Shown here piece after piece: positions 18,497 through 26,608 of a DNA stretch of 64,000 bases. Numbering within the stretch: the stretch's first letter is position 1; each line of letters begins with the position of its first letter. The stretch is from the NCBI GenBank assembly GCA_036393515.1, contig DASWGV010000207.1:15323-79322 (forward strand), written 5' to 3'. The notes below the pieces were generated by a model that saw only the letters and a list, made by a program, of their open reading frames with translations, did not search any database and had not been told where the DNA came from. A program made the translations under genes and the position numbers. This DNA is from Gemmatimonadales bacterium. GTDB lineage: Bacteria; Gemmatimonadota; Gemmatimonadetes; Gemmatimonadales; GWC2-71-9.

Positions 18497-18533
18497 TGAC
18501 TTGAATAGTCATATTGATCTGACTATTATAGTC
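18497..18533 (+). promoter_or_regulatory. AT-rich vapB promoter/operator: TTGAAT-N17-TATTAT plus repeated ATAGTC/GACTAT half-sites
   Basis: -35 TTGAAT at 18501-18506, 17-nt spacer, -10 TATTAT at 18524-18529, only 6 nt before ATG 18536 (possible leaderless transcript). Palindromes: TGACT-TGAAT-AGTCA (18497-18511) and GACTAT-T-ATAGTC (18521-18533). Confidence 0.45.
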
Positions 18534-18535
18534 TT

Positions 18536-18826
18536 ATGCGACGAGCGTCCATTTCCACTCTCAAGGCCAAGCTCAGCCAGTATCTCGACGCGGTGAGGCG
18601 CGGGGAGGAAATCCTCGTGACGGATCGGGGCACACCCGTAGCCAGGCTCAGCCCGGTCTCTGGGGACGCAGAGCAGGACAGCCGTCGCAACGTCCTGGTG
18701 CGGACTGGGCGGCTTCGACCCCCGCAGGCTCCGCTTCCCGCCGGCTTCTGGACTCGGCCCCGACCCCGGGATGCGCAGGGGCAAGCCCTGGCTGCCTTGC
18801 TCGAGACTCGGAAGGAGGGCCGGTGA
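18536..18826 (+). CDS. vapB: Type II antitoxin, Phd/YefM family
   Basis: ISTLKAKLSQYLDAVRRGEEILVTDRGTPVARLSPV is typical of Phd/YefM. 4-nt overlap (GTGA) with the downstream PIN gene. Confidence 0.85.
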   Translation: MRRASISTLKAKLSQYLDAVRRGEEILVTDRGTPVARLSPVSGDAEQDSRRNVLVRTGRLRPPQAPLPAGFWTRPRPRDAQGQALAALLETRKEGR

Positions 18827-19239
18827 GGTTCTGGGATTCCACGGCACTGGTCCCGCTGTGTCTCTCTCAGCCGCTTACCGACAAGGCGCGGCGGCTCTAC
18901 GAGGAGGATCCGGAGTTGGTGGTCTGGTGGGGTTCGTCCATCGAGTGTGCCTCGGCGTTCGCCCGCTCGCTGCGAGACCGGCTGCTGGACCCGGAGGCCG
19001 AGGCGGCCGCTCGGTCGTTCTTGGGGGCTCTCTCGGGGGCGTGGTACGAGATCCTGCCCGGGGACGGTTTGCGGGAGCAGGCTCACCGTCTCTTGCGCCT
19101 CCACCCGCTCCGCGCCGGGGACTCCCTCCAGCTGGCAGCGGCGCTCGAATGGGGCGGGACGCCGCCCACCGGAGACTTTGTGACTTTCGATGACCGGCTT
19201 AAGGCGGCGGCGCGGTTGGAGGGGTTTACGGTGGTGTAG
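18823..19239 (+). CDS. vapC: Type II toxin, PIN-domain ribonuclease VapC
   Basis: FWDSTALV (Asp 5), central Glu, GDSLQLAAAL and FVTFDDRL acidic PIN signature. Confidence 0.85.
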   Translation: MRFWDSTALVPLCLSQPLTDKARRLYEEDPELVVWWGSSIECASAFARSLRDRLLDPEAEAAARSFLGALSGAWYEILPGDGLREQAHRLLRLHPLRAGDSLQLAAALEWGGTPPTGDFVTFDDRLKAAARLEGFTVV

Positions 19240-19293
19240 GGGACTGTGCGGCCACCCTGGCCCGGCCCCCTGCCCAGCGGTACGATTGAAGCC

Positions 19294-20610
19294 ATGTCCC
19301 GGGCCGCCCTGATTCTGGTAGCCACCTTTGCGCTGTTGCCGTTGGCACTGACTTCCCAAGGTCTCACATCGGCCGAGGGCCGCGTGGTCCAGGCGGTAGA
19401 CGCCGCGGCGGCGGATGCAACCATCCTCCTTGAGCGCCTCGTCAACATCAACAGCGGCACCCACAACTTCGTCGGCGTGCGCGCGGTGGGTGATGCTTTG
19501 GCGGTCGCGTTTCAGCAGGTGGGGTTCACCACTCGGTGGGTGAACGGCGCCAGGTGGCAACGCACGGGCCACCTCATCGCGGAACGGCGCGGCACGGGCA
19601 CGGGCCCCAAGGTGCTGCTGATCGGGCACCTGGATACGGTGTTTGAAGTGGACTCGCCGTTTCAGCGCTTCGAGCGCTTGCCGGGTGACTCGGCCCGCGG
19701 TCCCGGGATCGCGGACATGAAGGGTGGGGACGTGGTGATGCTGCTCGCTCTCCGCGCCCTGCTCGAAGCCGGGCGCCTCGACGACCTCCAGGTGAGGGCG
19801 GTGTTCACCGGGGATGAAGAGGACAGCGGGGACCCGCTGGAGCTTGCCCGGCGCGACCTGGTGGAAGCCGCCGACTGGGCCGACATCGCCCTGGGATTCG
19901 AGAATGGTCCTGAGGACCCCCACGTCGCCGTTATTGCCCGGCGCGGCTCCACCGGCTGGCTCCTCCGGGCGACGGGCACACCTTCCCATTCATCTCAAGT
20001 TTTTCGGCCCGCGGTGGGTAGCGGCGCCATCTACGAGATTGCCCGCGTCCTCGCTGCGTTCCACGATTCCCTGTCCACGGAGCCCAACCTCACCTTCAAC
20101 CCGGGCGTGATCGTCGGTGGCACCACGGTGACGTTCGATCCCATTGAGAACCGCGGCGCCGCCTTCGGAAAGACCAACGTGGTGGCGGAGGCGGCTACGG
20201 TGGCCGGAGACCTTCGGGCGCTGACGCCCGAGCAGCTGGCGGGGGCCAAGGCCACGATGCAGCGGCTCGCCGGGCGGCATTACCCCCGCACCAGCGCCAC
20301 GCTCACATTCGACGACTCCTACCCGCCATTTGCGCCCGCCGCAGGCAACCTCCGGCTGCGAGAGATGCTGGATCGGGCCAGCCGAGAAGCCGGTCTGCCA
20401 CCGGTGGCCGCCGCCGATCCCGCTCGGGCCGGTGCGGCGGACATCTCGTTCACGGCCGGACGGGTGGACATGGCGCTCGACGGGCTCGGCCTGAAGGGCC
20501 GGGCGGATCACACGGTCCAGGAAACGGCCGACCTCACCATGCTGGCCGTGCAGGCCAAGCGGGCGGCCCTGTTGCTCTCCCGGCTAGCCGAACGCGCGGC
20601 CGTGCCGTGA
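19294..20610 (+). CDS. Exported M20A-family metallopeptidase (carboxypeptidase G2 / glutamate carboxypeptidase-like)
   Basis: Signal peptide (MSRAALILVATFALLPLALTSQG). GHLDTVF, GPGIADMKGG and FTGDEE motifs. Alternative upstream GTG at 19246. Confidence 0.85.
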   Translation: MSRAALILVATFALLPLALTSQGLTSAEGRVVQAVDAAAADATILLERLVNINSGTHNFVGVRAVGDALAVAFQQVGFTTRWVNGARWQRTGHLIAERRGTGTGPKVLLIGHLDTVFEVDSPFQRFERLPGDSARGPGIADMKGGDVVMLLALRALLEAGRLDDLQVRAVFTGDEEDSGDPLELARRDLVEAADWADIALGFENGPEDPHVAVIARRGSTGWLLRATGTPSHSSQVFRPAVGSGAIYEIARVLAAFHDSLSTEPNLTFNPGVIVGGTTVTFDPIENRGAAFGKTNVVAEAATVAGDLRALTPEQLAGAKATMQRLAGRHYPRTSATLTFDDSYPPFAPAAGNLRLREMLDRASREAGLPPVAAADPARAGAADISFTAGRVDMALDGLGLKGRADHTVQETADLTMLAVQAKRAALLLSRLAERAAVP

Positions 20611-21521
20611 AGGTCCCGGCCGTCCCGTGGGCGGCTTGGGTGCTCGCCCTCGCGTCGGGCGTTCCCGCGCCCCCCGTCGCGGCGCAGGGATCCACCCAAG
20701 TTGTCATGCTCGGCACCGGCACCCCCAACGCCGACCCCGAACGTTCCGGGCCCGCCGTGGCGGTCGTGGTGGGAGGCGAGAGCTACCTGGTGGACGCGGG
20801 CCCCGGTACCGTGCGCCGGGCGGCGGCTGCCGCGCGACGGGGCATCGGGGCGCTGGCGCAACCTCACCTTCGGCGGGTGTTCATCACCCACTTGCACTCG
20901 GACCATACCCTGGGCTTGGCCGATCTGATCTTTTCACCCTGGGTGCTGGAGCGAGAGTCGCCGCTTGAGGTCTTTGGCCCGCCCGGCGTCGCGGGCATGA
21001 CGGACCATCTGACGCAGGCGTATAGGGAGGACATCAGGATCCGTCTGGATGGCCTGGAGCCCGCCAATCGTACGGGATATCGGGTGATCACCCAGGAGGT
21101 CGTTCCGGGCGAGGTCTATCGCGACGAGCACGTGACGGTGGGCGCGTTTGCCGTGACCCACGGGTCATGGAAGAACGCGTACGGATACCGGTTTGAGACC
21201 GCGGATCGGACGATCGTGATCTCGGGTGACGCCGCACCCAGCGAAAGCGTGGTCGAGGCGTGCCGCGGCTGCGACGTGCTGGTCCACGAGGTCTACTCGT
21301 ATACGGGCTTCCAGAGCCGGCCGCCGGAATGGCAGCGTTACCACAGCGCTTTCCACACGTCAACTACGCAGCTGGCCGAGCTTGCCGGTCGGGCGAAGCC
21401 CGGCCTTCTGGTGCTCTACCACCAGCTGTTCTGGGGTACCACCGAACAGGACCTGGTCGCGGAGATTCGCCGGGTCTACTCGGGGCGAGTGGTGTCGGCT
21501 CGGGATCTCGACGTCTTCTAG
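20607..21521 (+). CDS. Exported MBL-fold metallo-hydrolase
   Basis: Signal-like N-terminus (WAAWVLALASGVPAPPVAAQG). HxHxDH motif (THLHSDHT). GTGA overlap with the upstream peptidase gene. Confidence 0.85.
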   Translation: MKVPAVPWAAWVLALASGVPAPPVAAQGSTQVVMLGTGTPNADPERSGPAVAVVVGGESYLVDAGPGTVRRAAAAARRGIGALAQPHLRRVFITHLHSDHTLGLADLIFSPWVLERESPLEVFGPPGVAGMTDHLTQAYREDIRIRLDGLEPANRTGYRVITQEVVPGEVYRDEHVTVGAFAVTHGSWKNAYGYRFETADRTIVISGDAAPSESVVEACRGCDVLVHEVYSYTGFQSRPPEWQRYHSAFHTSTTQLAELAGRAKPGLLVLYHQLFWGTTEQDLVAEIRRVYSGRVVSARDLDVF

Positions 21522-21607
21522 GAGCCTCACCCCGCGCGCCGCGCCGGTGGCTCCCGATTCCCCTGCGCTCGACGAGCTCCGAGACGAGTTGCGAGAGGTC
21601 GGTCATG

Positions 21608-22396
21608 TCAAGTAACCCGTTTGGGGGGTAAGGGAGGGAGCAGGGACGGAGCGAGCAGGTAACTGCCCCCGTGCCCCTCGAGACCTCGCTCAAATCCGAC
21701 GACTCGGGACCCGCGTGCCAGGCCGTCCAAGAACGCCCGCCGAGTCCTCATGCGCCAATCGAGGGCCTCGCTCGGCGATCGAGCTTTCAACTCGTGAATG
21801 TCCGCCGGAATCTCGACCCGCGTTCGCCGGTCCTCCAGCGCCGTCTGTCGCCCTTCGCCGCCCCCCGCGGTCTCCCGCCCCAGGTCCCACCGTACGACGA
21901 ATCGGTCCGTGCCGATCCCGCGGTCCACGGGACTGTCCGCGCCGGTCCCGTAGAAGTCCGGAACGTATTCCTCTATACTGGCGCCCAGGTGATGCAGGTT
22001 GAGGTGCGCGTTCCGCGCGACTAGGGGGTCAAAGGTCCAGTAGATCGTGGGCACGCCCATCGCGAGCAGGAGGTCCCGCTGGTATTCCTTGAGTTGTCTC
22101 CCGATGCCCCGATCGCGGCGGTCCGCCCGGACCGCGAGCATGTGCGACCAATGCGCGGGCCTCCCATGGCGGGGGCCAGTGAGCCCCAGAACGAATCCAA
22201 CCAGTGTGCCATCCGGCTCAAAGGCGCCTGCCGCGACGCCCCCAACCTTCTGGGTGATCATGAGGAGAGAGGCGGGGACACGATCCGCAAAGCCGCGACC
22301 CCAGGTTCCTTCCTGAAGTTCCACGCAAGCGGCATAGTCCCGGGCCGATTCGAGGGGGCGGAGCAGGGGGCCGTGCGGCTCAGTCTGCGAAGTCAC
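21608..22396 (-). CDS. GNAT-like acyltransferase (copy 2, paralog of 16823-17668)
   Basis: Blocks shared with copy 1: QKVGGVAAGAF, HWSHMLAVR, YQRD, DPLVA-NAHLNL, YVPD-YG, GTDRF. Motif-A-like RRDRGIGRQLK. Confidence 0.75.
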   Translation of the reverse strand: MTSQTEPHGPLLRPLESARDYAACVELQEGTWGRGFADRVPASLLMITQKVGGVAAGAFEPDGTLVGFVLGLTGPRHGRPAHWSHMLAVRADRRDRGIGRQLKEYQRDLLLAMGVPTIYWTFDPLVARNAHLNLHHLGASIEEYVPDFYGTGADSPVDRGIGTDRFVVRWDLGRETAGGGEGRQTALEDRRTRVEIPADIHELKARSPSEALDWRMRTRRAFLDGLARGSRVVGFERGLEGHGGSYLLAPSLLPPLPPKRVT

Positions 22397-22472
22397 GAGG
22401 TTGGCGAAGGGCGTTGACGTTGCCGCACGTTAGGGCGTACCGTCTTGCTCGACAAGAAGCGGGGGTGGTTTC

Positions 22473-24188
22473 ATGACGAAGGTGAGGCGGAGGCTCGCGC
22501 TCGTGGCGCTGGTGGCAGCTTGTGCCCCGGCGGCGACGCCGGGCGGAGGGGTGGCGCCGGTTTCCGGATCCTACGACGTGATCCTGAGCGGCGGACGGAT
22601 TGTGGACGGGACCGGCGCCGCCTGGTTCTATGGCGACCTGGCCATCCGCGGCGATCGTATCGCGCGGATCACGCCGGTGGGAGTGCTCCGCGATGCGGCG
22701 GCGCGGGAGCGGGTGGATGCCCGCGGCCTGGTCGTGGCCCCCGGATTCATGGATATCCAGAGTCACTCGCGCGGGGCGTTCCTGTTCGGCGACGGTCGAG
22801 TGGTGAGCAAGATCACGCAGGGCATCACCACCGAGATCATGGGCGAAGCGACCACCAACGCGCCGGTCAATGAGCGCATGACCTCAGGGTTGGAGCGCCT
22901 GCCACCCGCCCGACAAGCGGTGGTCCGGTCGTTCATGGAGCCGCATGGGTTTGCCCGGTGGCTCGAGGCCATGGAGCGGCACGGGGTCTCGCCAAATGTC
23001 GGCTCCTTCGTGGGCGCGACGACCATCCGCGAGTACGTGAAGGGCATGGCGCAGGGGGCGGCGTCTCCCGCCGAGCTGGATACCATGCGGGCGCTGGTCC
23101 GACGGGCCATGGAAGACGGCGCCTTTGGGATTGGATCCGCCCTGATCTATCCTCCGGGGAACTTCGCCTCGACCGACGAGCTGGCGGCGATGGCGCAAGC
23201 GATGGCGCCGTACGGCGGCGTCTACATCACGCACATGCGCTCGGAAGCGGACCAGTTTCTGGAGGCGATTGACGAAGCGATCACGATCGGGCGCCGGGGC
23301 GGCGTGCCGGTGGAGATCTATCATCTCAAGGCGGGTGGCCGGCGCAATTGGCCCAAGGTGACGCAAGCGATCGCCCGGATCGATTCGGCGCGCGCGGCCG
23401 GCCTGGACGTGCAGGCCAACATGTATGCCTATATCGCGGGCGGGACCGGCTTAACGGCCTGTCTCCCGCCGTGGGCGTCGGCCGATGGCAAGTTGCTCGA
23501 CAACCTCCGCGACCCTGCCATGCGGGCTCGTATCACGGCCGAGGTCGAGCATCAGACCACGGACTGGGAGAATCTGTGTACCCTCGCCACGCCTGAGGGG
23601 GTGCTTGTCCTGGGAGTCGAGAAGCCCGAGAACCGGGCGCTCGCGGGCAAGCGCCTGGCGGAGATCGCCGCACTCCGGGGGAAGCCGTGGCTCGAGGCCG
23701 CGATGGACCTGATCCTCTCCGAGCAGCAAGGCATCGGCGCGATCTACTTCATGATGAGTGAGGACAACGTCAAGCTCCAGCTGCGCCAGCCCTGGCTCAA
23801 GTTCGGAACGGACGCGGGTGGCGTGGACCCGGACAGCGCCGACGGACTGGTCCATCCCCGGGCCTACGGCAACTTTCCGCGGATCCTTGGCAAGTACGTG
23901 CGGGACGAGCGGGTGATCCCACTGGAGGACGCCATCCGCAAGATGAGCTCGGCGGTCGCCACGCGACTCTCGATTGCGGATCGCGGGGTGCTCAAAGAGG
24001 GCCTGTTCGCCGACGTGGTGGTGTTCGACCCGCAGACCATCGCGGACCGCGCGACATTCGAGCAACCGCACCAGCTGTCGGTGGGTATGCGGCACGTGTT
24101 CGTAAACGGCGTCGCCGTGGTGAAAGACGGGCGGCATACCGGGGCCAAACCCGGGAGGGCGTTGCGGGGGCCGGGGTATCGACCGTAA
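22473..24188 (+). CDS. N-acyl-D-amino-acid deacylase (D-aminoacylase family amidohydrolase), predicted lipoprotein
   Basis: Lipobox-like LVAAC at the N-terminus. DVILSGGRIVDGTG...APGFMDIQSHS and YITHMRSE...VEIYHLKAGG blocks are typical of D-aminoacylases. Confidence 0.85.
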   Translation: MTKVRRRLALVALVAACAPAATPGGGVAPVSGSYDVILSGGRIVDGTGAAWFYGDLAIRGDRIARITPVGVLRDAAARERVDARGLVVAPGFMDIQSHSRGAFLFGDGRVVSKITQGITTEIMGEATTNAPVNERMTSGLERLPPARQAVVRSFMEPHGFARWLEAMERHGVSPNVGSFVGATTIREYVKGMAQGAASPAELDTMRALVRRAMEDGAFGIGSALIYPPGNFASTDELAAMAQAMAPYGGVYITHMRSEADQFLEAIDEAITIGRRGGVPVEIYHLKAGGRRNWPKVTQAIARIDSARAAGLDVQANMYAYIAGGTGLTACLPPWASADGKLLDNLRDPAMRARITAEVEHQTTDWENLCTLATPEGVLVLGVEKPENRALAGKRLAEIAALRGKPWLEAAMDLILSEQQGIGAIYFMMSEDNVKLQLRQPWLKFGTDAGGVDPDSADGLVHPRAYGNFPRILGKYVRDERVIPLEDAIRKMSSAVATRLSIADRGVLKEGLFADVVVFDPQTIADRATFEQPHQLSVGMRHVFVNGVAVVKDGRHTGAKPGRALRGPGYRP

Positions 24189-24265
24189 GCCGTGGGCGGT
24201 GAGCCGTAAGCCTCGGCACCGATCACTGCTCACGATTCACGGCTCACTTGCATAGGAGCAACAAC

Positions 24266-26608
24266 ATGTCGCGATCTCTGACGCTGGCATGGGCCCTTGT
24301 CTGGGTGGGCGCGGCGTCCCTCAACGCGCAGGTGGACTACCGGCGGGCCGAGCAGATGCTCGACTGGCACGCGTCCCGCATGGTGAGCGGGGACTCGGTG
24401 GACCCGCAATGGATGCCGGACGGCCATCGGTTCTGGTATCGGAACAAGGTGGCCGCGGGTCACGAGTTCGTGATGGTCGAGCCCGTGACCGGTGTGCGGC
24501 GCAACGTGTTGGACAACGCGCGACTGGCCGCCGCCATGTCGTTGGCGAAGGACACGAGCTACGATCCCATCAAGCTGCCGTTCTCGACCTTCCGATTCGC
24601 CGATGGCGAACGGGCCATTGAGTTCAATGCGAGCAAGAAACGCTTCCGCTGTGATCTCTCCGCGTACACCTGCGCCACGCAGGACACGCTCCCGGACGAG
24701 CGGCAGTTCGTCCTGTCCCCGGATTCCGTGTGGGAAGCGTTTACGTATGAGTACAACCTGTGGGTCCGGCCCCGCCGCGGCGGGGACTCCATCCAGCTCA
24801 CCACCGACGGCGAGCGGTACTGGTCCTACGGCGTGGGTGAGCCGCGTCCCCAGCAGCTGCTCCGCCGGGACTCGCTTCCGCCCCAGCGGCCCCAGGTGCG
24901 ATGGTCGCCCGATTCCCGGAAGCTGGCGGTGTTCCGCACGGACGAACGGCACGTCGGCCACATGCACTACATCTCTTATACGGCGCAACGTCCGCGGCAC
25001 TTCTCCCAGCCGTACGCGCTTCCCGGGGATACCGCGGTACCGTTGCCGGGGATCCATATCCTGACCTTGCCGCCGTCGCTGGTCACGGCCGGCGGAACCA
25101 ACGGACCTACCGGCAAGCGATCAGTTCCCGCGTCCAATGTGACCGTGCCGTTTCCCGTGCGGCCCAGTCAGGTCCAATTGGGGGGCGGCGCCGACTCGAC
25201 CTGGAACAAGGTGTCCAACCGCATCGCGTTCACCTTCCTCACCCGCGCGTCCAAGGCGCTGTACCTCATGGAAGCGGAGGCCGAAAGCGGGGCCAGCCGA
25301 GTGTTGGTAGGGGACTCGGCCCGGACCTGGGTGGAACTTTCTCCCCGCGATCCACCCAGTTGGTACGTCACGGAAGACGGAGCGGACATCTTCTGGTGGT
25401 CGGAGCGCGATGGTTGGGCCCATCTCTACCGACTGGACCGAACCGGCGGCGTGAAGAACCGCGTCACATCGGGGCCCTGGGCCGTGGGCGCGGTGCGCCA
25501 CGTGGACGAGACCGCGCGCCAGATCTACTTCACGGCCCGGGGTCGCGAACCCGGCAGACTCCTCTACTACGCTCACCTGTACCGGGTGAGCTTCGATGGG
25601 TCGGGCCTGACGCTCCTCACGGCGGAGCTCGCGGATCACCGGGTGGAGTTCTCGCCCAGCGGCCGGTACTTTGTGGACATCCAGTCCACCATGACGCAGC
25701 CGCCGGTCACGGTGCTGCGGGCAGCGCCGGACGGACGGGTCATCCGCAGTCTCGAGGAGGCCGACGTCACGCGGCTCGCGGCCATTGGGTGGTCGCCGCC
25801 GGAGGTCTTTCAGGTCAAGGCCCGCGATGGCGTGACGGATATCTACGGGGTGATGTTCAAGCCCTCGGATTTCGACTCCACCCGCCGGTACCCGGTGCTC
25901 GATCACATCTATCCCGGCCCGCAGGTGGGAAGCGTAGGGCCATGGTACTGGACCAACGGCGGGGAGGAGCGGGCGCTGGCGGAGCTGGGATTCATCGTGG
26001 TCGAGATTGACCACCTCGGTACGCCGCTTCGCTCCAAGGCGTTCCACGATAACTATTACGGCAACTTCATTGACAACGGCCTCCCGGATCACGTAACCGC
26101 CATCAAACAGCTGGGCGCCCGGTACCCGTGGATGGACCTGGAGCGGGTCGGCATCTACGGTCACTCGGGCGGCGGGTTTGCCTCCACCGATGCCATCCTC
26201 CGGTTCCCCGAGTTCTTCAAGGTGGCGGTCTCCGGTGCCGGCAACCACGACAACCGGAGTTACAACATCTACTGGGCCGAGAAATATCAGGGCCTGCTGG
26301 AGCGCGACTCCGTCCGCCGGACCAATAACTTCGCGGCCTCAGCGAACAAGACCTACGCCAAGGATCTGAAAGGCAAGCTGCTCCTGATGCACGGGGACAT
26401 GGACGACAACGTGCACCCCGCCATGACGATCCAGCTGGTGGACGAGCTTATCAAGGCCAACCGCGATTTCGATCTGATCATCGCGCCGGACCGGGGTCAC
26501 GGACTGAACGAACCGTACTTCGTCCGCCGGCGGTGGGATTATTTCGTCCGGCACCTCCTCGGCAAGGAGCCGCCGACCAACTACGAGATCACCAGACCGG
26601 GCTCCTAG
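24266..26608 (+). CDS. Exported S9-family dipeptidyl-peptidase IV-type serine peptidase
   Basis: GGAG (24255-24258) lies 7 nt before ATG 24266. Signal peptide (LTLAWALVWVGAASLNAQ). Beta-propeller N-terminal half. Catalytic GHSGGGF, HGDMDDNVH and PDRGHG. Confidence 0.88.
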   Translation: MSRSLTLAWALVWVGAASLNAQVDYRRAEQMLDWHASRMVSGDSVDPQWMPDGHRFWYRNKVAAGHEFVMVEPVTGVRRNVLDNARLAAAMSLAKDTSYDPIKLPFSTFRFADGERAIEFNASKKRFRCDLSAYTCATQDTLPDERQFVLSPDSVWEAFTYEYNLWVRPRRGGDSIQLTTDGERYWSYGVGEPRPQQLLRRDSLPPQRPQVRWSPDSRKLAVFRTDERHVGHMHYISYTAQRPRHFSQPYALPGDTAVPLPGIHILTLPPSLVTAGGTNGPTGKRSVPASNVTVPFPVRPSQVQLGGGADSTWNKVSNRIAFTFLTRASKALYLMEAEAESGASRVLVGDSARTWVELSPRDPPSWYVTEDGADIFWWSERDGWAHLYRLDRTGGVKNRVTSGPWAVGAVRHVDETARQIYFTARGREPGRLLYYAHLYRVSFDGSGLTLLTAELADHRVEFSPSGRYFVDIQSTMTQPPVTVLRAAPDGRVIRSLEEADVTRLAAIGWSPPEVFQVKARDGVTDIYGVMFKPSDFDSTRRYPVLDHIYPGPQVGSVGPWYWTNGGEERALAELGFIVVEIDHLGTPLRSKAFHDNYYGNFIDNGLPDHVTAIKQLGARYPWMDLERVGIYGHSGGGFASTDAILRFPEFFKVAVSGAGNHDNRSYNIYWAEKYQGLLERDSVRRTNNFAASANKTYAKDLKGKLLLMHGDMDDNVHPAMTIQLVDELIKANRDFDLIIAPDRGHGLNEPYFVRRRWDYFVRHLLGKEPPTNYEITRPGS

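Noticed and set aside
18526-19989. 487-aa minus-strand ORF across vapBC and the M20A peptidase
   Set aside because: Spans two unrelated plus-strand genes with clear motifs, and has shadow-ORF composition.
21521-21554. Possible hairpin GGAGCC...GGCTCC between the MBL gene and GNAT copy 2
   Set aside because: Only 6 bp of stem with a ~22-nt GC-rich loop; not convincing as a terminator.
22414-22443. TTGACG-N18-TACCGT as the promoter of the D-aminoacylase gene
   Set aside because: The -10 matches only the TAnnnT skeleton, and alternative spacings are equally weak. Not reported as a feature.
24183-24246. Direct repeat CCGTAAGCC (24183-24191 and 24204-24212) and inverted repeat GTGAGCCGT / ACGGCTCAC (24199-24207 / 24238-24246) after the D-aminoacylase stop
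   Set aside because: Short arms, a 30-nt loop, competing pairings and no U-tract. It may be a weak terminator or a 3'-end duplication scar, but the evidence is too thin to call.
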